Source: Eledone cirrhosa
Taxonomy: Eukaryota
Reading direction: 5' to 3'
DNA: 64,000 bases
Assembly (NCBI GenBank): GCA_964016885.1
Contig: OZ024740.1
Span: 40,982,001-41,046,000 of the forward strand
Shown here: positions 53,462 through 64,000 of the stretch, in pieces
Layout of the letters: every line of letters begins with the position of its first letter
Numbering within the stretch: position 1 is the stretch's first letter
Notes under the pieces: generated by a model
Database searches by the model: none
What the model was told of the DNA's origin: nothing
What the model saw: the letters and a program-made list of their open reading frames with translations, nothing else
Translations under genes and position numbers: made by a program

Positions 53462-53554
53462 TGTTAACACAAAAAAAAAACACATAATCTGATTGAGCAA
53501 TAAATCTCCTATGTAACATCTTCACTTTGTTCCTATATATATCTATATATAAAA

Positions 53555-54523
53555 AAAAAAAAGTTCAGAGAGCTTATACCACTATTAGCCGCTAAAGGGT
53601 TCTCCCTAAGAATGAAAGGCAGGTTGTATGATGCCTGCATACGAACAGCAATGTTGCATGGCAGTGAGACCTGGGCATTGTGTGCAGAAGATATACGCAG
53701 ACTAGAGAGGAACGAAGCTTACATGCTCCGCTGGATGTGTAATAGTAATATACGTGAACGGCAAAGCATAAGCGAACTAAGGAAAAAAATTAGAAATAAG
53801 AGGGATCAGATGTTGTTTACTCGAGAGAAGGCTACGTTGGTATGGTCACGTGATGCGCATGAAAGACGACAGCTGTATAACAAAGTGCAGGGCAATAAAG
53901 ATAGACGGTAGCTACGGAGTAGGCAGACCCAGAAAAACCTGGGATGAGCTGATAAATTCTGACCTAACACACACCTCTCCAAGACAATGTCACTGGACCG
54001 AGACCTTTGGCGGTACTCAGTAATAGAGAAGACCCGCCTTACCTAAATACAAAGTAAAACCTACTCCAGCCAGTAGGCATCTCTAACAAAATACACCCCC
54101 GTCCCCCCACCCCATCCACACCGCCCCTTCAATGTAAAGTTATGTTGGTGCCACAACATCCAGGCCGAAACAAATGAGATTGTGTAGACACAGTCCACGC
54201 TGTAATGTGGCCGTGTAGGCAACACGGTAAAAACCTCCCAGCCCCACACTGTAAATGTGGTTGTTGTTAGGAAGGGCATCCAACTGTAGAAAACCTGCCA
54301 GACAGTCCACGCTGGAATGTGGCCGTGTAGGCAACACGGTAAAAACCTCCCAGCCCCACACTGTAAATGTGGTTGGTGTTAGGAAGGGCATCCAGCTGTA
54401 GAAAACCTGCCAGACAGTCCTATGCGAGCAAGACAACCACTCTTGCCTCAAGTGGGAAAACCCCCGTCCAAACCCATGCAAGCGTGGAACACGGACGTTA
54501 AACGTTGATGATGATGATGATGA
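53555..54523 (+). mobile_element. RTE LINE 3' fragment with ~112-bp tandem duplication in the 3'UTR
   Basis: MKGRLYDACIRTAMLHGSETW...; (GAT)n tail; ~54190-54300 repeated at ~54301-54412. Confidence 0.9.
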
Positions 54524-56881
54524 TATATATATGTGTGTGTGTGTGTGTGATCATACATATGTAGGTATGTGTGCGTGTCTGTGGTTGCAGAATAATAAAA
54601 TGGTTTGGAGAAATCTTGGAGTATTCTACATTTCTTGTTCTTCAGACTTTGCTGATGATGATTAGATGAGGTTTTCTGATAATACTGGTTGTCTAGGAAA
54701 TGATTCATCATTGTCATTGTGGAGGAGTGATTCATCATCTACATCATCATCATCATTAATTAGTGTACATCTTCTCTACTAGCAAGGGTTGGACATTCTG
54801 TCACAGACTGGTCAGTGCTCATATGGTGCCACTGACCTCCAGGTGAGCTGGGGGTCTAATATATGATCTCTCACTCAACTGAGTGCATTTTATCATGGTA
54901 CCAACACTAGGAAAGTTGTCATATCCTTGACACCAGTATTTCAAAGTGACTCAACACTTTACCAGTATTTCAAAGTGACTCAACACTTTACCAGTATATT
55001 GAAATATTAGATTGTAGTTGTGTAGTTTATACTAGTATTAAGTGATTGGAGTTCAGACCTGTTAACTCTCCCCATCTGACGGGGAGATTTGCAACAGCCT
55101 TTGGAGTGGGTGAGAGAGGTCTTCTCTTGTGAAAATGGATATAGCTTTCTTTATGTAAAATCTCCCCATTTTGCCTCATTTCTCCCTGTTTTGGGGCACT
55201 GTTTTTTATGGTACTCCCTGTTTAGGTTTTTAGAGGTTGGCAGGTTTGGTAATTGTGTAGTTTATACTAGTATTAAGGTATTAGTATTGTAGTTGTATAG
55301 TTTATACTAGCATTAAGGTATTCGTTAGTGATTGTTGTTTGTACTAGGTTTCAGGTATTAATTGCTGATTCATTAGTTTGTAAATATTGATTGACTCAAC
55401 ATTATACCAACCCTGTGATTCTCGATAATATTTCAACCCTTTACCAAGTGATTCAGCTTTGTATCAATGTACGTTGACAGTACATCAGCTAGGTAGCAGA
55501 TTGTAACTCAGTCCTCCTTCTCATCATCATCATCATAATACACCATCATCATCATAGTAGATCCATTTTTCCATGCTAGCACAGATTGGACTGTCGGTAC
55601 TACTAGGAGTGAGTCAGCATTATGTCAACAGTGAAGTATTAAAAAGTGACTTTGTACCCTTCCAAGATGGAAGTTCTAGGTATCGGGATTTAATACTGTC
55701 ACAAATGTAGAGGACACATGTATATACACACATGTATATAAACAAATGTATACACACACGTATATGCAGATGTATACCTGCAATCGTCATTATACAGATA
55801 TTGAGTTACTAAACACACACACATATACAAAATGTTGTTAAGGCAGGGTTACTTTTACATAATTGTTTTATTGCATGATATATATTGACAGCATCCATGT
55901 GATATCATCAGATGCTCATACAATTATGAGGTCTTATTATGCAAGTATGCTAATATGCCACTAGTTATGTATTACCATCTTGGTGTAATGATCACTCGTA
56001 TCATACCAAGATGTTAATACATTACCAGAGTGTGCAGACAAGCTGGTGGCCTGCATCCTACATATGATCCTGGACTCTATCAAGTGCATCTTATCATGAT
56101 ACAAGCACTAAGGAGGTTGTCTTATCTTTGACACAGTTGATGAGGTCTCTTGATTCTTTGCTTGGCAGGTTTTCTATAGCTAGATACCTTTCTAATCACA
56201 AACTACATTACAGAGTGGATTGGGTGCATTTATCATGTAAATCACTAACACTAGGGAGGATAACTGAAGAGTCTTTTTAACCTTTTGACAAGTTCTTTTT
56301 ATAGCTGGATATCCCCATACCACTGACCACTTTACAGAGTGTACTGAGTGTGATATAGGAGGGTGCATGAATGGGATGGTGGGTGGTAGTGTCTGAAAAG
56401 GCTGGTTATGGCTACAGTGTTATTGATTTATGGTGTCATAGATCAGGGCTGACCTGAGGTTAAACGATAACAACATAAATTTCTTACATACACACAAGGC
56501 CACAAATTTATATGGGATAAATCTAGTTGATATAATTGACCTCAGTACTTAGCTGGTATCTATTTTATCAATCCTGGAGTGGTATTGGGGTGGGAGGAAG
56601 ACCTAAGTTGATTTTAGTACGATGTAAACTTGAAGCGTAGACAGACAAAACTAAACACATAAAGACAGTCAGATGTTCCATCATGTCTAGCAAAGGAGGT
56701 AACATTGATTTCTTTTATAGAGTTAAAAACCACAAATTCATAATGAAGGAAAAAGTAAATGAGATTGTGTGTTATTCATTACTCTTTGAAGGAGTTAATT
56801 ACTAAATTTTAAAACTGTAATCTGTGTTAGTTAAAAGTGGTTTCATTTTTTGTTAATTTTCTTTTTACCTCTCATTTCAAG

Positions 56882-56973
56882 GTAAACAAATTGATGGCAT
56901 ATGGCACACTGGTATTGTTGTTTTTGGCATGGAATATTATTATGGATCAGATGGAATTTCTTACTGTGAACCG
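56882..56973 (+). CDS. DESI1: DESI1 coding exon 2 (catalytic His motif); gene continues beyond the window
   Basis: Polypyrimidine tract + AAG acceptor; in phase with exon 1: (G)[30 protein letters not shown]; donor CG|GTAAGG. Confidence 0.94.
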
Positions 56974-57038
56974 GTAAGGCACCCACTTTCTTCAGATGTA
57001 AAGTAGTTTGGTGGATTTAGAAAAAAAGGTTTAATTAA

Positions 57039-57430
57039 CCCTTTAGCATTTAAACCGGCCGTATCTGGCCAGAATTCTCTCATCTCTTTCTGTTCAAACC
57101 AGCCATAAAGGGCGGCTGTATTGTTCTCAAAATAAATAACATCAAAACCTTGATTGATATTATGTGAGGGCGGTGGATTGGCAGTATCGGTAGAGGGTCG
57201 GACGCCATGCTTTCCAGCATAGTTACGTCCCTTTACGATCTGAGTTCAAATCCCGCCGAGGTTGACTTTGCTTTTCATCCTTACGGGGTCGATAAAATAA
57301 AGTACCAGTAATGCACTGGATAATTGCTGGCCTTGTGCCTAAAGTAGAAACAATTATGTGAGATATGTAAAATATAACCTTTATCACAACAATGCTGTCA
57401 TATATATAGAATAATGTAAATGCTAAGGGG
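57039..57430. mobile_element. piggyBac-type MITE with nested family A SINE (57169-57352)
   Basis: TTAA TSD and CCCTTTAGCATTTA TIR; SINE TSD ATTATGTGAG. Confidence 0.9.
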
Positions 57431-57514
57431 TTAAATAAACTTTTTTGTTTGGTTACACTTCAAACTGTACCCTTTGAAAGTTTCTGCATGATCATTGCAT
57501 TGTCTTATTACATC

Positions 57515-60500
57515 GATGCCTTGTTACACTGTATCTTAAGGTACTGTATATATAATGTCTTGTTACACTGTATCTTAAGGTACTGTCTATATAATGTCTT
57601 GTTACACTGTATCTTAAGGTACTGTCAATATAATGTCTTGTTACACTGTATCTTAAGGTACTGTCTATATAATGTCTTGTTACACTGTATCTTAAGATAC
57701 TGTCTATATAATGTCTTGTTACACTGTATCTTAAGGTACTGTCTATATAATGTCTTGTTACACTGTATCTTAAGGTATTGTCTATATAATGTCTTGTTAC
57801 ACTGTATCTTAAGGTACTGTCTATATAATGTCTTGTTACACTGTATCTTAAGGTACTGTCTATATAATGTCTTGTTACACTGTATCTGAAGGTACTGTCT
57901 ACATAATGTCTTGTTACACTGTATCTTAAGGTACTGTCTATATAATGTCTTGTTACACTGTATCTTAAGGTATTGTTTATATAATGTCTTGTTATACTGT
58001 ATCTTAAGGTACTGTCTATATGTCTTGTTACACTGTATCTTAAGGTACTGTCTATATAATGTCTTGTTACACTGTATCTTAAGGTACTGTCTATATAATG
58101 TCTTGTTACACTGTATCTTAAGGTACTGTCTATATAATGTCTTGTTACACTGTATCTTAAGGTACTGTCTATATAATGTCTTGTTACACAGTATCTTAAG
58201 GTACTGTCTATATAATGTCTTGTTAATCTGTATCTTAAGGTATTGTCTATATAATGTCTTGTTACACTGTATCTTAAGGTACTGTCTGTATAATGTCTTG
58301 TTACACTGTATCTTAAGGTAATGTCTATATAATGTCTTGTTACACTGTATCTTAAGGTATTGTCTATATAATGTCTTGTTACACTGTATCTTAATGTATT
58401 GTCTATATAATGTCTTGTTACACTGTATCTTAAGGTACTGTCTATATAATGTCTTGTTACACAGTATCTTAAGGTACTGTCTATATAATGTCTTGTTACA
58501 CTGTATCTTAATGTATTGTCTATATAATGTCTTGTTACACTGTATCTTAAGGTACTGTCTATATAATGTCTTGTTACACTGTATCTTAAGGTACTGTCAA
58601 TATAATGTCTTGTTACACTGTATCTTAAGGTACTGTCTATATAATGTCTTGTTACACTGTATCTTAAGATACTGTCTATATAATGTCTTGTTACACTGTA
58701 TCTTAAGGTACTGTCTATATAATGTCTTGTTACACTGTATCTTAAGGTATTGTCTATATAATGTCTTGTTACACTGTATCTTAAGGTACTGTCTATATAA
58801 TGTCTTGTTACACTGTATCTTAAGGTACTGTCTATATAATGTCTTGTTACACTGTATCTGAAGGTACTGTCTACATAATGTCTTGTTACACTGTATCTTA
58901 AGGTACTGTCTATATAATGTCTTGTTACACTGTATCTTAAGGTATTGTTTATATAATGTCTTGTTATACTGTATCTTAAGGTACTGTCTATATGTCTTGT
59001 TACACTGTATCTTAAGGTACTGTCTATATAATGTCTTGTTACACTGTATCTTAAGGTACTGTCTATATAATGTCTTGTTACACTGTATCTTAAGGTACTG
59101 TCTATATAATGTCTTGTTACACTGTATCTTAAGGTACTGTCTATATAATGTCTTGTTACACAGTATCTTAAGGTACTGTCTATATAATGTCTTGTTAATC
59201 TGTATCTTAAGGTATTGTCTATATAATGTCTTGTTACACTGTATCTTAAGGTACTGTCTGTATAATGTCTTGTTACACTGTATCTTAAGGTAATGTCTAT
59301 ATAATGTCTTGTTACACTGTATCTTAAGGTATTGTCTATATAATGTCTTGTTACACTGTATCTTAATGTATTGTCTATATAATGTCTTGTTACACTGTAT
59401 CTTAAGGTACTGTCTATATAATGTCTTGTTACACTGTATCTTAAGTTACTGTCTATATAATGTCTTGTTACACTGTATCTTAATGTATTGTCTATATAAT
59501 GTCTTGTTACACTGTATCTTAAGGTACTGTCTATATAATGTCTTGTTACACTGTATCTTAAGGTACTGTCTATATAATGTCTTGTTACACTGTATCTTAA
59601 GGTATTGTTTATATAATGTCTTGTTATACTGTATCTTAAGGTACTGTCTATATAATGTCTTGTTACACTGTATCTTAAGGTACTGTCTATATAATGTCTT
59701 GTTACACTGTATCTTAAGGTAATGTCTATATAATGTCTTGTTACACTGTATCTTAAGGTAATGTCTATATAATGTCTTGTTACACTGTATCTTAAGGTAC
59801 TGTCTATATAATGTCTTGTTACACTGTATCTTAAGGTACTGTCTATATAATGTTTTGTTCCACTGTATCTTAAGGTACTGTCTATATAATGTCTTGTTAC
59901 ACTGTATCTTAAGGTAATGTCTATATAATGTCTTGTTACACTGTATCTTAAGGTACTGTCTACATAATGTCTTGTTACACTGTATCTTAAGTTACTGTCT
60001 ATATAATGTCTTGTTACACTGTATCTTAAGGTACTGTCTATATAATGTCTTGTTAATCTGTATCTTAAGGTATTGTCTATATAATGTCTTGTTACACTGT
60101 ATCTTAAGGTACTGTCTGTATAATGTCTTGTTACACTGTATCTTAAGGTAATGTCTATATAATGTCTTGTTACACTGTATCTTAAGGTACTGTCTACATA
60201 ATGTCTTGTTACACTGTATCTTAAGTTACTGTCTATATAATGTCTTGTTACACTGTATCTTAAGGTACTGTCTATATAATGTCTTGTTAATCTGTATCTT
60301 AAGGTATTGTCTATATAATGTCTTGTTACACTGTATCTTAAGGTACTGTCTGTATAATGTCTTGTTACACTGTATCTTAAGGTAATGTCTATATAATGTC
60401 TTGTTACACTGTATCTTAAGGTATTGTCTATATAATGTCTTGTTACACTGTATCTTAATGTATTGTCTATATAATGTCTTGTTACACTGTATCTTAAGGT

Positions 60501-63500
60501 ACTGTCTATATAATGTCTTGTTACACTGTATCTTAAGGTACTGTCTATATAATGTTTTGTTACACTGTATCTTAATGTATTGTCTATATAATGTCTTGTT
60601 ACACTGTATCTTAAGGTACTGTCTATATAATGTCTTGTTACACTGTATCTTAAGTTACTGTCTATATAATGTCTTGTTACACTGTATCTTAAGTTACTGT
60701 CTATATAATGTCTTGTTACACTGTATCTTAAGGTACTGTCTATATAATGTCTTGTTAATCTGTATCTTAAGGTATTGTCTATATAATGTCTTGTTACACT
60801 GTATCTTAAGGTACTGTCTATATAATGCCTTGTTACACTGTATCTTAAGGTACTGTCTATATAATGCCTTGTTACACTGTATCTTAAGGTATTGTCTATA
60901 TAATGTCTTGTTACACTGTATCTTAAGGTATTGTCTATATAATGTCTTGTTACACTGTATCTTAGGGTATTGTCTATATAATGTCTTGTTACACTGTATC
61001 TTAAGGTACTGTCTGTATAATGTCTTGTTACACTGTATCTTAAGGTATTGTCTATATAATATCTTGTTACACTGTATCTTAAGTTACTGTCTATGTAATG
61101 TCTTGTTACACTGTATCTTAAGGTACTGTCTATATAATGTCTTGTTACACTGTATCTTAAGGTACTGTCTATATAATGTCTTGTTACACTGTATCTTAAG
61201 GTACTGTCTATATAATCTCTTGTTGCACTGTATCTTAAGGTACTGTCTATATAATGTCTTGTTACACTGTATCTTAAGGTACTGTCTATATGTCTTGTTA
61301 CACTGTATCTTAAGGTACTGTCTATATAATGTCTTGTTACACTGTATCTTAAGGTACTGTCTATATAATGTCTTGTTACACTGTATCTTAAGGTACTGTC
61401 TATATAATGTCTTGTTACACTGTATCTTAAGGTACTGTCTATATAATGTCTTGTTACACTGTATCTTAAGGTACTGTCTACATAATGTCTTGTTAATCTG
61501 TATCTTAAGGTATTGTCTATATAATGTCTTGTTACACTGTATCTTAAGGTATTGTCTATATAATGTCTTGTTACACTGTATCTTAAGTTACTGTCTATGT
61601 AATGTCTTGTTACACTGTATCTTAAGGTATTGTCTATATAATGTCTTGTTACACTGTATCTTAAGGTACTGTCTATATAATGTCTTGTTACACTGTATCT
61701 TAAGTTACTGTCTATATAATGTCTTGTTACACTGTATCTTAAGGTACTGTCTATATAATGTCTTGTTAATCTGTATCTTAAGGTATTGTCTATATAATGT
61801 CTTGTTACACTGTATCTTAAGGTACTGTCTATATAATGTCTTGTTACACTGTATCTTAAGGTATTGTCTATATAATGTCTTGTTACACTGTATCTTAGGG
61901 TATTGTCTATATAATGTCTTGTTACACTGTATCTTAAGGTACTGTCTGTATAATGTCTTGTTACACTGTATCTTAAGGTATTGTCTATATAATATCTTGT
62001 TACACTGTATCTTAAGTTACTGTCTATGTAATGTCTTGTTACACTGTATCTTAAGGTACTGTCTATATAATGTCTTGTTACACTGTATCTTAAGGTACTG
62101 TCTATATAATGTCTTGTTACACTGTATCTTAAGGTACTGTCTATATAATGTCTTGTTACACTGTATCTTAAGGTACTGTCTATATAATCTCTTGTTACAC
62201 TGTATCTTAAGGTACTGTCTATATAATGTCTTGTTACACTGTATCTTAAGGTACTGTCTATATAATGTCTTGTTACACTGTATCTTAAGGTACTGTCTAT
62301 ATAATGTCTTGTTACACTGTATCTTAAGGTACTGTCTATATAATGTCTTGTTACACTGTATCTTAAGGTACTGTCTATATAATGTCTTGTTACACTGTAT
62401 CTTAAGGTACTGTCTATATAATGTCTTGTTACATTGTATCTTAAGGTACTGTCTACATAATGTCTTGTTAATCTGTATCTTAAGGTATTGTCTATATAAT
62501 GTCTTGTTACACTGTATCTTAAGGTATTGTCTATATAATGTCTTGTTACACTGTATCTTAAGTTACTGTCTATGTAATGTCTTGTTACACTGTATCTTAA
62601 GGTATTGTCTATATAATGTCTTGTTACACTGTATCTTAAGGTACTGTCTATATAATGTCTTGTTACACTGTATCTTAAGGTATTGTCTATATAATGTCTT
62701 GTTACACTGTATCATAAGGTATTGTCTATATAATGTCTTGTTACACTGTATCTTAAGGTACTGTCTATATAATGTCTTGTTACACTGTATCTTAAGGTAC
62801 TGTCTATATAATGTCTTGTTACACTGTATCTTAAGGTAGTGTATATATAATGTCTTGTTACACTGTATCTTAAGGTACTGTCTATATAATGTCTTGTTAC
62901 ACTATATCTTAAGGTACTGTCTATATAATGTCTTGTTACACTGTATCTTAAGGTATTGTATATATAATGTCTTGTTACACTGTATCTTAAGGTACTGTTT
63001 ATATAATGTCTTGTTACATTGTATCTTAAGGTATTGTCTATATAATGCCTTGTTACACTGTATCTTAAGGTACTGTCTATATAATGTCTTGTTACACTGT
63101 ATCTTAAGGTACTGTCTATATAATGTCTTGTTACACTGTATCTTAAGGTACTGTCTATATAATGTCTTGTTACACTGTATCTTAAGGTACTGTCTATATA
63201 ATGTCTTGTTACACTGTATCTTAAGGTACTGTCTATATAATGTCTTGTTACATTGTATCTTAAGGTACTGTCTACATAATGTTTTGTTAATCTGTATCTT
63301 AAGGTATTGTCTATATAATGTCTTGTTACACTGTATCTTAAGGTATTGTCTATATAATGTCTTGTTACACTGTATCTTAAGTTACTGTCTATGTAATGTC
63401 TTGTTACACTGTATCTTAAGGTATTGTCTATATAATGTCTTGTTACACTGTATCTTAAGGTACTGTCTATATAATGTCTTGTTACACTGTATCTTAAGGT

Positions 63501-64000
63501 ATTGTCTATATAATGTCTTGTTACACTGTATCTTAAGGTATTGTCTATATAATGTCTTGTTACACTGTATCTTAAGGTACTGTCTATATAATGTCTTGTT
63601 ACACTGTATCTTAAGGTACTGTCTATATAATGTCTTGTTACACTGTATCTTAAGGTATTGTATATATAATGTCTTGTTACACTGTATCTTAAGGTACTGT
63701 CTATATAATGTCTTGTTACACTATATCTTAAGGTACTGTCTATATAATGTCTTGTTACACTGTATCTTAAGGTATTGTATATATAATGTCTTGTTACACT
63801 GTATCTTAAGGTACTGTTTATATAATGTCTTGTTACATTGTATCTTAAGGTATTGTCTATATAATGCCTTGTTACACTGTATCTTAAGGTACTCTCTATA
63901 TAATGTCTTGTTACACTGTACCTTAAGATACTGTCTATATAATGTCTTGTTATACTGTATCTTAAGGTACTGTCTATATAATGTCTTGTTACACTGTATC
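57515..64000. repeat. 39-bp satellite array (>160 units) in DESI1 intron 2, running off the window
   Basis: Unit TATAATGTCTTGTTACACTGTATCTTAAGGTACTGTCTA; variant patterns recur at 972, 234, 933 and 819 bp. Confidence 0.98.

Noticed and set aside
57449-62839. Long ORFs up to 812 aa of LHCILRYCLYNVL repeats
   Set aside because: Artefact of a 39-bp (13-codon) satellite; scattered stop codons; intronic.
57515-64000. CRISPR-like array
   Set aside because: Units are directly tandem with no unique spacers; eukaryotic context, no cas genes.

Overview
AT-rich, microsatellite-laden eukaryotic DNA. The SINE, RTE and Penelope repertoire suggests a cephalopod (octopus-like), but that is inference. The only host gene I can support is the 5' part of a DESI1/PPPDE desumoylating isopeptidase: exons 43549-43642 and 56882-56973, a ~13 kb TE-filled intron 1, and a 39-bp satellite in intron 2. 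Most of the rest is mobile DNA: Penelope-like elements (mostly Naiad-like), RTE, Tx1 and RLE LINE remnants, two tRNA-derived SINE families, an internally deleted Gypsy element, two copies of a non-coding LTR element, mariner/hAT/piggyBac/Ginger-type MITEs and Helitron ends. Three hidden signals stand out. (1) About 15 hammerhead-ribozyme folds from several families, including U3-A8, U4C and U4A core variants and long stem II insertions. They sit in Penelope pseudo-LTRs and in short, often palindromic modules inserted into (TA)n tracts. (2) A Gypsy element whose PBS position is complementary to its own LTR, a candidate for self-priming. (3) A non-coding LTR element with a 32-nt extended tRNA-Trp PBS and a second LTR-end/PBS copy. 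All folds and alignments were done by eye; boundaries may be off by a few nt.
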